64,000 nt of DNA from an uncultured bacterium (GTDB lineage Bacteria > Bacteroidota > Bacteroidia > J057 > JADKCL01), in the NCBI GenBank assembly GCA_963923035.1, contig CAWUKT010000009.1, positions 64,163 to 128,162 on the forward strand, written 5' to 3'. The notes beneath the pieces were generated by a model. The model was not told the origin of the DNA. It did not search any database and saw only the letters and a list, made by a program, of their open reading frames with translations. A program made the position numbers and the translations under genes. How positions within the stretch are numbered: position 1 is the first letter of the stretch; each line of letters starts with the position of its first letter. This document shows positions 48,474-59,487 of the stretch, piece after piece.

Positions 48474-49385
48474 ATGAAAAAGCGTCTGTCCACTCCGGCT
48501 CCGGTCCAGCGGAGTACCATGTCTTCTGGTAACAAGGCTTATTCCGGGAAGCAGCCACCTCCCGTTCAACTCCAGGCCTCAAGGGGCCAACTCCCCCAAC
48601 AAGAAGATTTGCAGATCGCCATGGCCAATCGTGGCCACGATTGGACTCCGGACCAACGGGCGGGCCTCAATCTGGGTGACCAGTTGGGTCCTGATCTCAA
48701 CCGTCGTGTTCCCGCCGGACGCCAGGCCGAACTGCGGCAGTACGCCCGCGACCTGATGGACCGCTATTCTGACAAGCCCAACCCCACGCACCCCAACCGT
48801 CCCGGACCCACTTACTTGGACTTTGTGGATTTCTCCGCCATGCTCGACGAGATCGTCGACCACGATTCCAATACCGTGGAAAAGGTGGTCATTTGGAACC
48901 ACATTGGCATTTACGCCCGTGATTATGGCATCCGTAACCGGGGCCTGCACGAGGACTTCCACGAGCCCATTGCCAAGTGGGACAGCCATAAGCACATCAT
49001 TTTGCCCTTTACCGACGATTACCACGGCCACTACGGCGGAGCTGAAGGCGATGAGAATGTGGATTTGAGTAGTGTCGATCCGCCTCACTGGATCGACTTG
49101 GACAACTCCGATGATCGTACTTGGTGGAATAACTTGCCTAACCGGGACAGCATGTCCCATGGTCCGGGGAAGATTTCCGAAGCCTATGCTGAGGTATTGT
49201 TCCGGGAAAACCGGGATTCCGAGATTTTCCGGGGCCGCCGAATCATCAATGGCTATTTGGGTGCCCACCGGGCCGATGCTGAAGCCAGCTTTGCCACCAT
49301 CGAAAATATCCGGGCCTTCCGCTGGGGGGGATTCTCAGGTTTTGCGAACTCCTTTGATCGCCAGGTCCGTACCTACGATTATTGA
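48474..49385 (+). CDS. Orphan protein with P-V-Q-R/P-V-Q-L leader and a His-rich core containing HEDFH
   Basis: MKKRLSTPAPVQRSTMSSGNKAYSGKQPPPVQLQASRGQLPQQ.. is a disordered leader like that of 34541-35857. The core has GLHEDFHEPIAKWDSHKHIILPFTDDYHGHYGG (an HExxH-pattern). Confidence 0.7.
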   Translation: MKKRLSTPAPVQRSTMSSGNKAYSGKQPPPVQLQASRGQLPQQEDLQIAMANRGHDWTPDQRAGLNLGDQLGPDLNRRVPAGRQAELRQYARDLMDRYSDKPNPTHPNRPGPTYLDFVDFSAMLDEIVDHDSNTVEKVVIWNHIGIYARDYGIRNRGLHEDFHEPIAKWDSHKHIILPFTDDYHGHYGGAEGDENVDLSSVDPPHWIDLDNSDDRTWWNNLPNRDSMSHGPGKISEAYAEVLFRENRDSEIFRGRRIINGYLGAHRADAEASFATIENIRAFRWGGFSGFANSFDRQVRTYDY

Positions 49386-50315
<930 letters not shown>

Positions 50316-50359
50316 GCGGCCAATTTAGGGAAAAGGGGGGAGGGGAAATGGTAATGGAG

Positions 50360-51031
50360 TTACATTTCGCCGGATGGGGCGTTTCGGGGGGAGCTTGGGG
50401 GAAAAACGATGTTGGAATAGATTTCGTGGGCGGGAAGCTGGCCCCCAACGCTTTTCAGTTCAATGGTCGCATTCAATCCGTCGTAGTGCTCCAGAACCCA
50501 AAGACCTTCCGCATTGCGGCGAAAAACGTCGATTTGGGCCAGGTTTTGTTCTACAATCATGTATTCTTCGAGCGAATCCAATTGTTCGTAGAGCCGGAAT
50601 TTTCCACTTCGGTCCCAATTGGCGGTGCTTTCCGAAAGGACTTCGACAATTAAAATGGGATTGATGACGGCGATTGGTCTGTCTTCGTAGTAGGCTTCTT
50701 CTCCACAAACCACAAAGACATCCGGATAGACAAAGGAATTTGCTGCGGCAATGTGGATTTTCAGGTCGCTGCTGAAGGTCTTGCAACGGCTGCCTTTGAG
50801 TTGGACTCCGATTTCCCGAATAAGGTTGGTGCTGATCAGGTTGTGGTTTCGGGTTCCCCCGGACATGGCATAAATCTCGCCATTGTAGAATTCGCTTTTG
50901 TATGAATTCTGCTCTTCCAGGTTCAGGTATTCCTGTCTGGTATATGGATGCGATGATTTTTGTGCCGTGTTCACATCTACAATATAACCAATCCGGACAG
51001 AATATCGTCTCTCATACTTTCCCGCCCCCAA
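50360..51031 (-). CDS. Uma2-family (DUF820) putative endonuclease
   Basis: YTRQEYLNLEEQNSYKSEFYNGEIYAMSGGTRNHNLISTNL..YPDVFVVCG..LIVEVLSEST matches the PD-(D/E)xK Uma2 pattern. Start is uncertain (TTG 51031 or GTG 50974). Confidence 0.8.
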   Translation of the reverse strand: MGAGKYERRYSVRIGYIVDVNTAQKSSHPYTRQEYLNLEEQNSYKSEFYNGEIYAMSGGTRNHNLISTNLIREIGVQLKGSRCKTFSSDLKIHIAAANSFVYPDVFVVCGEEAYYEDRPIAVINPILIVEVLSESTANWDRSGKFRLYEQLDSLEEYMIVEQNLAQIDVFRRNAEGLWVLEHYDGLNATIELKSVGGQLPAHEIYSNIVFPPSSPRNAPSGEM

Positions 51032-51114
51032 ACCAACACATCAATCCCTGGCATTTTCTCCGAAACAATCACCCAAACCTTCTCCATTTCCCCTTTCTGC
51101 CTGATCTTTACACC

Positions 51115-51924
51115 ATGGAGAATCAATTGCAGATGCGAACGAAGAAGCTGCCTTTCCGGTGGATCTACACGGTGGTCCTGATCGCAGCCGCGATCCTGGG
51201 AGGCGATGCCGCTGCCCTGGCCCAGGGCAGCGACGCGACTACTTCGGACCAAAAGATCCTGTTCGTCCTGACGAGCCACGGCGTCAAAGGCAATACCGGC
51301 AAACCGACCGGCTTTTACCTCTCGGAGGCCAGCCACCCATGGGAAGTCCTCCACGCCGCCGGCTACACGATTGATTTCGTGAGTCCCCAGGGCGGAAAAC
51401 CGCCCGTCGACGGCTTTGACCTCGACGATGCCGGCAACCTGGCCTTCTGGGAAAATCCGGAGGTCCAGACCAAACTGTCCCAAACGATGCGGCCGGAAGA
51501 CGTGAATCCGGCCGATTACGCCGCCATCCACTATGTCGGTGGCCACGGAACCATGTGGGATTTTCCCGACAATACGGCCCTGGCCAAGATTGCCGCAGAG
51601 ATTTACGAGGCGAATGGCCTCGTCAGCGCCGTCTGCCACGGACCTGCGGGTTTGGTCAATATCCGGTTGAGCGATGGAAGCTACCTCGTGGCCGGGAAGC
51701 AAGTCGCTGGCTTCACCAATGAAGAAGAGCATGCGGTGGGCTTGGAGAATGTCGTTCCGTTCCTGCTGGAAGATAAATTGCGGGAGCGGGGCGGAATCTA
51801 CGGCAAGGCCGCTCCCTGGCAGCCCTACGTCGTCAGCGACCAGCGCCTGATCACCGGCCAAAATCCGGCGTCGGCCCGCGGAGTCGGTGAAGCCTTACTC
51901 AAGGCATTGAAAGCGGTGGAGTAG
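51115..51924 (+). CDS. Type 1 glutamine amidotransferase-like (DJ-1/PfpI/Hsp31 class) protein, secreted or anchored
   Basis: ILFVLTSH..GFYLSEASHPW..VSAVCHGPAGLV (nucleophile-elbow Cys-His). Hydrophobic N-terminal segment. ATG 51115 chosen inside the ORF that starts at 50902. Confidence 0.85.
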   Translation: MENQLQMRTKKLPFRWIYTVVLIAAAILGGDAAALAQGSDATTSDQKILFVLTSHGVKGNTGKPTGFYLSEASHPWEVLHAAGYTIDFVSPQGGKPPVDGFDLDDAGNLAFWENPEVQTKLSQTMRPEDVNPADYAAIHYVGGHGTMWDFPDNTALAKIAAEIYEANGLVSAVCHGPAGLVNIRLSDGSYLVAGKQVAGFTNEEEHAVGLENVVPFLLEDKLRERGGIYGKAAPWQPYVVSDQRLITGQNPASARGVGEALLKALKAVE

Positions 51925-51958
51925 GTCGCCTCAATTGTTGCTGGTCCCAGCAAAAAGG

Positions 51959-51997
51959 AAGCCCCCTGAACCGGATCACCAGGTTCAGGGGGCTTTT
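51959..51997. terminator. Bidirectional intrinsic terminator
   Basis: aagccccctgaacc/ggttcagggggctt forms a 14-bp stem with a 9-nt loop, followed by TTTTCG. Sits between convergent genes. Confidence 0.75.
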
Positions 51998-52043
51998 CGA
52001 TGGTCAAAAATGAGCGATCTCTTGAATTCGCCCTTTTATTGCC

Positions 52044-53372
52044 CTAGTCCCATTCCTTCTCCGAAATTTCCCGGGTCCAGCGTTTTTTTCCTTTCACGTC
52101 GATGATCGTAATCGTCAATTTCCGGTTTTGATTGCCTCCAGTCACCTCCAATACCCCAAAATTACGGTCGCCGACATTTGTCTTTTTGACCAGAAACTCA
52201 TTGTCCTCGTCCACATCGTAACTCGTCGAGCTCAGCGGTGAGCAGGTGAGGTCATAGACCGGAACCCCGCCCCCTGGATTCCAGTAACTCAATTCTGTGT
52301 GGTGGCGGTCGCCGGTAAGGAAAATCACCCCCTTGATGCGCTCTTCCTGAATCGCATCCATCAGTTGCTTCCGCTCGTCCGGATGCACCCTGCTCATGTT
52401 TTCGTAGCGCGAGTAGGTGCTGAGAACCATGCCTCCCGTACAGACGAACTTGAAGGGGGCTTTGCTGCCCTTGAGCGCATCGATCAACCAATTCAGCTGT
52501 TCCTCGCCGAAATGGGTGCGGTCGCCGGTGGTCCGGTCGTTGGGAGCGCGGAAATAGCGGTTGTCGAGCAGGAAGAAATCGCAATCGCCCCAGGTAAATT
52601 TGGACGTGATGCCGCCTTCCATGTGGGGCAAGCCGTAGCGTTGGTTGGCCCAGAACAGCTTGAAGGCTTCGAGGGTCAGGTCCTTGTTGACGAAGGAGCG
52701 GTCGGCGTCGTTCGGCCCAAAATCGTGGTCGTCCCAGATCGCATAATGGTGCATCCCGGCCAGCAGGGGCTGGTAATAGGCCTGGGAACGGGAGTAGGTA
52801 TGGCGGTAGAAAATGCCCCGCTGCGTGCCCCAATCCGACTCGCGGAAGTAGAGGTTGTCGCCCAGCCATACCATGAAATCAGCGTCGGCGTCATTGACAT
52901 GCTCCCAAATCTCGTATTGGCCGCCGTAGGGCTTCCCCGGACGATCAAAGGTCGGATCGTTCACGTACGCACAGGAACCAGCGATGAACTTGAAGTCAGG
53001 AGGATCGGTACGGTGCTTCCAAAGCGCCTGAGATTGGAAATGGAAGGGATAATCGAGCGAAACTTTTTGGCCGTTGATGTAAAGGTCAGCATTGTAAAAT
53101 AGGCCAGGCTCGACCTGATCCGCCAACAAATGGGCTGTGAAGGCTTCTTCAGCTTTGGTTTGATAGCTCGCGGTCCGAAATTCCTCTCCGCCTTTTTGGG
53201 GCCGGTACGCGATCTGGACCGTGGCAGCCTCAGTTGTTTGCACCCACAGCATCACTTCCCGCATTTCCGAGTAGCCTGCCATGGGACCGGATTGGAGGAG
53301 GGCTTTGGCGTCCTGGGCCACGGCATTTCCACCCAGGGCCAGCGTCAACATCAACAGGAGTAAGTTTCTCAT
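52044..53372 (-). CDS. Alkaline phosphatase D (PhoD)-family metallophosphatase
   Basis: Signal peptide; N-terminal PhoD-like FN3 region (SGPMAGYSEMREVMLWVQT); metallophosphatase motifs WLGDNLY, IWDDHDFGPND, FLTGDRHHTE. Confidence 0.9.
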   Translation of the reverse strand: MRNLLLLMLTLALGGNAVAQDAKALLQSGPMAGYSEMREVMLWVQTTEAATVQIAYRPQKGGEEFRTASYQTKAEEAFTAHLLADQVEPGLFYNADLYINGQKVSLDYPFHFQSQALWKHRTDPPDFKFIAGSCAYVNDPTFDRPGKPYGGQYEIWEHVNDADADFMVWLGDNLYFRESDWGTQRGIFYRHTYSRSQAYYQPLLAGMHHYAIWDDHDFGPNDADRSFVNKDLTLEAFKLFWANQRYGLPHMEGGITSKFTWGDCDFFLLDNRYFRAPNDRTTGDRTHFGEEQLNWLIDALKGSKAPFKFVCTGGMVLSTYSRYENMSRVHPDERKQLMDAIQEERIKGVIFLTGDRHHTELSYWNPGGGVPVYDLTCSPLSSTSYDVDEDNEFLVKKTNVGDRNFGVLEVTGGNQNRKLTITIIDVKGKKRWTREISEKEWD

Positions 53373-53494
53373 GCTGCAAAATTACAAGGCTAGGTGAATA
53401 GAACATGAACAATAGGTGGTGATTTTTGCCTTCTACGGAGTGGGGGGGGATGGAAAAAGGGCGAGAGAATGGAAGGGAGGGGAAAAAGAGGCGG

Positions 53495-53528
53495 AAAAAA
53501 GCAGCCCGACCCAAATGGGGCCGGGCTC
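53495..53528 (-). terminator. Intrinsic terminator of the S1/MAM protease gene
   Basis: Minus strand: GAGCCCGGCCCCATTTGGGTCGGGCTGC (about a 10-bp stem with one G-U) followed by TTTTTTCC. Lies 30 nt after the stop at 53558. Confidence 0.65.
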
Positions 53529-53557
53529 AAAACGTTCGTCAATTACAACTGAGGATA

Positions 53558-56500
53558 TTAATTCATCTTGATCACTTTGTGCTCTTCCACGTAGGAATCA
53601 GCGCGGAGTTGGAGCAGGTAGACACCGGCGGGAACATCCGGCTGGATGCTGAGGTCCCGCGTCCGGATGCCGCTTTGGCGGTAGACTTCCTTGCCCATCA
53701 GGTCATACATCACGACTTCCGCACTTTGCTGCGGCAATTCCAGTTCCGGAAGGACGATGTCCAAACGGCTTTGGAATGGATTGGGAGAGACCTGGAAGGA
53801 ATTCCGTCGGGCCGGAATCTCGTCCGAGATGGCCATGCTCTCGCCTGCGCCTTCACAACTGGTTTCGTAAACCTTGACATTACGGAAATAGGAATTGCTG
53901 GTGGTAGGCGCGGCATCCTTGTCGCAGAGGAAGAACAGCCGGTCGTAGGAGCCCGTGTAAATGGACCCGATCGGAATGGTGTAGCTGGTCCAAGCGGAGG
54001 GGACATAATTGTCGTAGGTGGTATTGCCCCAGCTCTGGGTGCCGTGGACCTTCATGCTCTGGGAAGGAGAAACGCCCGCATCGTTGTCAAAGCCAATGGC
54101 GTGGATTTCACCCTCTGCCGTCGACCGGAAATCAAATTCAATGACCGTATTCGCGGTGACATTGTAATTGAAGCTGATCGATTTCCAGGAATTGTTCTGG
54201 ACCAGCAGGGTCGCGCCACCATCCTGAACGGCCGCTGAACCCTGGTCATTGCTGCCCCCGTAGGTATCGATGCTGACCGCGCTAAAGTCAACCGTCGGGC
54301 AGCTGGAGCCACTCGTTGTCGTAACCTGCACATCGTCAAGGGCGATGTCACTGCGGTAGCCCGCTCCGGTAGTTCCCTGGAACCGCAATTGGACGGTATT
54401 GCCGACCCAGGAGGAAAGGTTCACAGTGGCCTGCTGCCAGCTATTGCCCTGGTCTCCGCTCAACGAGAACTGGTTCCCCGACCAGGTTGAGCCGTTGTTG
54501 GTACTGACCTGTACCGTCAGACTGCCCATATCTGCGCCATACATGTGGTACCAGAAACTGAGTTCCGCATTGGATTGGCCGCTGAGGTCAAAGCAAGGGC
54601 TGGTGATGCTGAAGGTATTGTTGAAGCAGCTGGACGCCTCGGTATAGAGGAATTTGCCGCCGCCGGAGTGGTCTGCACTCGGACCAGTGCTACCGGAAGG
54701 CGTATTGGCGTCGTCCACCGCCCAATCGGCAGCGTCACCGCTGACATTGCTCCAGCCGGCTCCTAGGCTGCATGCACCGTCAGGTACGCAGGCAAACAGG
54801 GTGTTTTGACACAGCGAGAGGCCATCGAAAGTTTGGGTATAGGGGAAGCTGCTGATCGTCGTGGTACAGCCTCCGCCGGAGGAGCCGCCCGCAGCAATGC
54901 GGAGATCGTCGACGCAGATATCGCCGGTATAACTGGTTCCGCTTGTGCCCCGGAACCGCAAACGGAGCTCGGTGGCGCTGGTATAGGCATTCAGGCTCAC
55001 GGAAGCACTTTGCCAGGCGCTGCCCTGGTCGCCGGTAATAGACCAGATTTCGGACCAGGCGGTGCCATCGGTGCTGGCTTCCAACCGCAAGGTACCGACC
55101 GTAGCGCCAAGGGCGTGGTACTGGAAGGTCAGGGTGGGGTTGGAAACGGAAGAAAGGTTGAAGCAGGGAGAATTGAGAATGGCGGTTCGGGTGGGATAAT
55201 TGGGACTGGAAACCTCCATGTAAGCGTAGTAGGATCCGGCTGCGGCTCCCGTGGGGCCGGTGCCACTGGATCCGGTTCCCCCGGTTTGGCGGGTCCAATC
55301 GAAGTCATCGCCGCTGCCCTGGGTCCATCCCAGGGAGGACTCGAAGCCTTCGGTATAGGGGAAGACGCTGATGGTACTCGTGCAGCCGCCACCGCCGCCG
55401 CTGCCACTCTGGTAGGCGCCATTCAGGGTATTGGGAGCACTGCCGAGCGGGTCGAGGTGGTCACGCAAACGGCGTTGGGGAGAGCCATAGCCATTCCAGG
55501 ACAGGTCCAAACGACCGTAGATGCCGGGGTCGGCTGAGGGGTTGGAGCAGTTGATGGAGCTGCCGCCGTGCAACTGGCCGATGATGTGGGAGCTGGCGTT
55601 GAAGAGGGGAGAGCCGGAAGACCCACCTTCGGTGACACTGTGGCCGTTGGGAGTGCCGTCCCAATTGACCCGCCAATGGGAATTGGTAGGAGTGCCCGAC
55701 CAGGTATAGGTCGTCGGAGTTTGGCTGTGGGTGGCAATTTTCTTGATATCACCCGCTGGGTGGTGGATGCCAACGCCGCCAGATCCGGGACTACTGGTTC
55801 GGTTCCAACCGTTGAAGTAAACGTCGTGACCGGCGGCCCGAGGGTCTTCCGTCAGGCGGAACAGGGCCATGTCGGTTTGCGTCGCATTGGCGATCAGGGT
55901 TGCGCCAGCCGTCGTTTGGAGAGCGCCGGGGTTGGAATTGGAGCAACCGGGGCTCTCGTATTCCCAGGCAAAGGACCAGTTGGTGGCATTTGGATTGCTG
56001 ACAGCATCCAGGCCACCGGTGAGGCAGTGGGCGGCGGTCAAAAATAGCAGGTCACCGTCCTGGGCAGTATTGTTGATGAGGGAGCCGGAGCACCAACGGG
56101 TTCCACCCACCAGGATCATGGCAACGCCTTTTTTCTCGTCCTGCCACGCATTTCCTTCGGAGCAGTTCACATTGACCTGGCAAGCGCCGGAGCTTCCATA
56201 GACCCGGGAACCGTCAATATTTGGCGGGGGAATCATCCGGTAGCCATGGACAGCGTACTGGATGGAGATGATGGCATCTTCCTGGGTTTCAATGGGCTGC
56301 TCGTATTCCACGACGATCCCATCAGCGTAGATCAGGCTGGTCGCAAAGGCTTCCAACTCCTGGCGGGTGCCTTTGTTGTTGCGGTTGGTGAAGGCGCCGA
56401 GGACCTGGCTGCGGTCTTCGCTGTAAATGTACAGCCGGCCGCCTTCGGGCAACCAAAACTTGTCGTAGAGGAGGTTGATGGAAATGGCACCGGGACACAG

Positions 56501-56836
56501 GATGCGGGTCCGCCAAATCTCCATGCCATCTCCAATGTCTTCGTTGTCACCGTCACGGAGCAGGTCGAGGTTGATTTCCTGGGGAAAACCGAACCGCGGC
56601 GGCAGGCCATTGGCCTCGTCGCTTTCGTCTTGCGCCTCGATGAGGCGCAGGTCCAATGAAGGAGTCTGTACAGTTTGGAGGTTGCGCAAAGGCATTACCG
56701 GGGAGGAAAAGGAAGTGGGTTGCCCCCCTTCACTCAGCTGAGCCTGAAGGGTGGGAGCACCCATCAAGGCGATGAAAAAAAGCAAAACATAGCTTCGTGT
56801 TCGGCCATACCAAGGGCCTGTCAACATGGAATCCAT
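53558..56836 (-). CDS. Secreted trypsin-like (S1) serine endopeptidase with two MAM domains and T9SS C-terminal sorting domain
   Basis: FLTAAHC (His) and GGSSGSPLF (Ser). Two MAM-like units (FDWTRQTGGTGSSGTGP..SPCFNL..LTFQYHALG and ADWAVDDANTPSGSTGPSADH..SPCFDL..LSFWYHMYG). C-terminus FQVSPNPFQSRLDIVL..VVMYDLMGKEV..VPAGVYLLQL. Confidence 0.9.
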   Translation of the reverse strand: MDSMLTGPWYGRTRSYVLLFFIALMGAPTLQAQLSEGGQPTSFSSPVMPLRNLQTVQTPSLDLRLIEAQDESDEANGLPPRFGFPQEINLDLLRDGDNEDIGDGMEIWRTRILCPGAISINLLYDKFWLPEGGRLYIYSEDRSQVLGAFTNRNNKGTRQELEAFATSLIYADGIVVEYEQPIETQEDAIISIQYAVHGYRMIPPPNIDGSRVYGSSGACQVNVNCSEGNAWQDEKKGVAMILVGGTRWCSGSLINNTAQDGDLLFLTAAHCLTGGLDAVSNPNATNWSFAWEYESPGCSNSNPGALQTTAGATLIANATQTDMALFRLTEDPRAAGHDVYFNGWNRTSSPGSGGVGIHHPAGDIKKIATHSQTPTTYTWSGTPTNSHWRVNWDGTPNGHSVTEGGSSGSPLFNASSHIIGQLHGGSSINCSNPSADPGIYGRLDLSWNGYGSPQRRLRDHLDPLGSAPNTLNGAYQSGSGGGGGCTSTISVFPYTEGFESSLGWTQGSGDDFDWTRQTGGTGSSGTGPTGAAAGSYYAYMEVSSPNYPTRTAILNSPCFNLSSVSNPTLTFQYHALGATVGTLRLEASTDGTAWSEIWSITGDQGSAWQSASVSLNAYTSATELRLRFRGTSGTSYTGDICVDDLRIAAGGSSGGGCTTTISSFPYTQTFDGLSLCQNTLFACVPDGACSLGAGWSNVSGDAADWAVDDANTPSGSTGPSADHSGGGKFLYTEASSCFNNTFSITSPCFDLSGQSNAELSFWYHMYGADMGSLTVQVSTNNGSTWSGNQFSLSGDQGNSWQQATVNLSSWVGNTVQLRFQGTTGAGYRSDIALDDVQVTTTSGSSCPTVDFSAVSIDTYGGSNDQGSAAVQDGGATLLVQNNSWKSISFNYNVTANTVIEFDFRSTAEGEIHAIGFDNDAGVSPSQSMKVHGTQSWGNTTYDNYVPSAWTSYTIPIGSIYTGSYDRLFFLCDKDAAPTTSNSYFRNVKVYETSCEGAGESMAISDEIPARRNSFQVSPNPFQSRLDIVLPELELPQQSAEVVMYDLMGKEVYRQSGIRTRDLSIQPDVPAGVYLLQLRADSYVEEHKVIKMN

Positions 56837-57121
56837 AATTGAGGGTTAAGATGATTTACGTGAATAGATATACAGTCCCCTAAAGGGGGAGAAATTACTT
56901 TATTGCAGGGATGTAAATACTGTTTTTACTTGACTCCAATATATCGTTTTTCGTCAAAATCGCAAGGTTCAGGTGGGAGTCAAGCTGACCGTTTGGGGAT
57001 GATAAAGGCCGGTTTTGTGGAGAACTGAGGGGTAAAAGAGCAAACAAAGGGAAAGGGATTCGGGGTCTGGGCAAATCTGAATCGGTTTTCTCTTTTTGCC
57101 ATTTCCCCAACTTTCTCCCAC

Positions 57122-57156
57122 AAAAAAATGTGCAAACGGAAAGCCATTTGCACATT
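57122..57156 (-). terminator. Intrinsic terminator of fahA; shares its arm sequence with 60077-60138
   Basis: AATGTGCAAA/TTTGCACATT forms a perfect 10-bp stem with a 10-nt loop. On the minus strand it is followed by TTTTTTTG. Confidence 0.7.
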
Positions 57157-57177
57157 CTTCGGGAGGGTTATTTCAGA

Positions 57178-58455
57178 TTAGGGCTGGGCCGGCAGGACTT
57201 TTCCCCGTACCTCCCCAAACCCAATTCGCAGGCCATCCTTCTCGCAGAAGCCCTTCATGATCACAGTGTCGCCATCCTGGATGAATTTCCGCTGGGATCC
57301 ATCGGGCATATCCAAGGGCTTGGACCCACGCCAGCTCAGTTCGAGCATGGAGCCGTAGGAATCGGGCGTATGGCCACTGATCGTGCCACTCGCGCACATG
57401 TCGCCGGCGTTGAAATTACAGCCGTTGACCGTATGGTGGGCCAATTGCTGGCGCATGGACCAGTACATGTACCTGAAATTGGAGGCGCAGACCTGGTGCG
57501 GCTCACCGCCTTCCGGCTGGATATAGACTTCCAATTGGATGTCGAAGTTGGCGGGATCGGACGATTGCAGGTAGGGGAGGACCTGGGGCTCCTGGGTCGG
57601 ACCGGCGAGGCGGAAGGGCTCCAGGGCATCCAGGGTCACCACCCAGGGAGAAATGCTGGACGCGAAGCTCTTGCCCAAAAACGGGCCGAGGGGCACATAT
57701 TCCCACTTTTGGATGTCGCGGGCAGACCAATCGTTGAAGAGGACCATGCCGGCGATGTGGTTTTCGGCGTCGTCCACCGCAATGCGGTTGCCGAGCTCAG
57801 TACCCTGGCCGCAGATGAAGGCCATCTCCAATTCGAAGTCGAGGAGACGGGAAGGGCCGTAAACAGGTGGCTCGTCGGCATTGGGCTTGGTTTGGCCGGA
57901 GGGACGTTGGATATCGGTGCCGGACACCACGATGGAGGAGGCGCGGCCGTGGTAACCGACGGGCAAATGCCGCCAATTGGGCAGGAGCGCGTTTGCGGGG
58001 TCGCGGAACATCTTGCCGACATTGGTGGCGTGCTCGATGCTCGAATAGAAGTCCGTGTAATCACGGACAAAAACGGGCATGTGCATGGTGGCCTCGCTTT
58101 GCGGCAGCAGGACGCGCTTGCGCAGGTCAGCATCGTCGCGGAGTTGGGGGTTGTCTGCCGCCAACAATTCGGAAATGGCCTCTCGCAATTGCGTGACCGC
58201 GGCGCGTCCCAGGGCGAAGAGCGCATTGAGGGTGCCCTTGCCGAGGACGGCGGAGTCGATGCCGGTGCCCTTGAGCAGGTCGGAGCCGCGGCTCAGAATG
58301 GTGATGTCGAGGACATGGTCGCCGATCGCAATGCCCACGTGCGGCAGCTCGCTGCCGTGGGAGAAGATGCCAAAGGGAAGGTTTTGGATCGGGAAATCGC
58401 TGTTGGCCGGAACCTCGACCCAGGATTTCAGTGCGGGATCATTCGCTTTGCTCAT
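57178..58455 (-). CDS. fahA: Fumarylacetoacetase
   Basis: 425 aa. The N-terminus SWVEVPANSDFPIQNLPFGIF and the central and C-terminal FAH fold (..RDYTDFYSS..; ..GDHVLD..) are typical of fumarylacetoacetase. Confidence 0.9.
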   Translation of the reverse strand: MSKANDPALKSWVEVPANSDFPIQNLPFGIFSHGSELPHVGIAIGDHVLDITILSRGSDLLKGTGIDSAVLGKGTLNALFALGRAAVTQLREAISELLAADNPQLRDDADLRKRVLLPQSEATMHMPVFVRDYTDFYSSIEHATNVGKMFRDPANALLPNWRHLPVGYHGRASSIVVSGTDIQRPSGQTKPNADEPPVYGPSRLLDFELEMAFICGQGTELGNRIAVDDAENHIAGMVLFNDWSARDIQKWEYVPLGPFLGKSFASSISPWVVTLDALEPFRLAGPTQEPQVLPYLQSSDPANFDIQLEVYIQPEGGEPHQVCASNFRYMYWSMRQQLAHHTVNGCNFNAGDMCASGTISGHTPDSYGSMLELSWRGSKPLDMPDGSQRKFIQDGDTVIMKGFCEKDGLRIGFGEVRGKVLPAQP

Positions 58456-58487
58456 GTATTTCGGTGGTGTTGGGAGACGTATGTTGT

Positions 58488-59417
58488 TTATTTCCCGGAC
58501 AATTCATCCAGGCGCAATTTTTCTTTTTTACTCAGCCCTTTATAACCTTTTTTCTGGACCTTGTCCAATAATGCGTCCAATTCTTCCCGGTCATTGGCGT
58601 ATTTTCTATCGTTGCGGTCCCGAACCACGCGGGGGCCGGGGGCTCTCATAAGGTCACGAAGTTGGAACCGGCGTCCATAGGGTTTGGGGGCGAAGAGATC
58701 GGGGCGTTCCAGGATGAGGTAGATCAAAATGGCGGTCGGCGCCAGCAGCACCAAAACGATCCACCAATTGGTCGTAATGGCTTCGGGCCTCAACAGAATG
58801 GCCAGGAGCATCCCCGCGATTCCACCTCCCAAGTGGGCTTCATGGCCGATATTTCCGGCTTGGGATCGGATGCCAAAGATGGAAACGCCGACAAACAGGA
58901 TCGCAAACAGCCACGCGGGACAGGGGATGAAGAAAAAGAGGTAAAACAAAGAGCCGGGAGCGAGATAGACGAAGGCAAAAATGATCCCCGCAATGGCACC
59001 GGAAGCTCCAATCATGGCATAATTGGGATTGTTGCGGTGAACCAAATAAGCGAGCGCATTTCCCCCCATCATCGCCCCAAAATAAATCAACAAATAGCCC
59101 AATTCACCGAAGAAAGTCGGCATGGCCATCCCGATGAAATACAGGGACAACATGTTGAAGAGGAGGTGGTTGAAGCTGCCGTGGAGAAATGCCCCGGTCA
59201 CCAGCCGGTAGTATTCTTTGCGTTGAACGATCGCCCCCATGTGGAACTTGTAGCGCTCCAGGATACTGACGTCCCGAAAAGCCATGATCGAAGGGATGAC
59301 GTTGGCCGCCAACAAAACAAATGTGATCAAATCGATTCCTCTACCCATACTGGTAAAACTAACCAAATCCGATTTCTTCCCTGAAAAGCCTTCGGAAGTT
59401 TTTTGTGCAAAAATCAT
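58488..59417 (-). CDS. Rhomboid-family intramembrane serine protease
   Basis: GAFLHGSFNHLLFNM, catalytic GASGAIAGIIFA and HLGGGIAGMLL, plus a charged C-terminal tail. Confidence 0.9.
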   Translation of the reverse strand: MIFAQKTSEGFSGKKSDLVSFTSMGRGIDLITFVLLAANVIPSIMAFRDVSILERYKFHMGAIVQRKEYYRLVTGAFLHGSFNHLLFNMLSLYFIGMAMPTFFGELGYLLIYFGAMMGGNALAYLVHRNNPNYAMIGASGAIAGIIFAFVYLAPGSLFYLFFFIPCPAWLFAILFVGVSIFGIRSQAGNIGHEAHLGGGIAGMLLAILLRPEAITTNWWIVLVLLAPTAILIYLILERPDLFAPKPYGRRFQLRDLMRAPGPRVVRDRNDRKYANDREELDALLDKVQKKGYKGLSKKEKLRLDELSGK

Positions 59418-59487
59418 TCTTCCTCTTCTTCCCGCATTCCACTACATTTGCACTCTTTCATTAGACCGAAATAAAACACACGATCTT

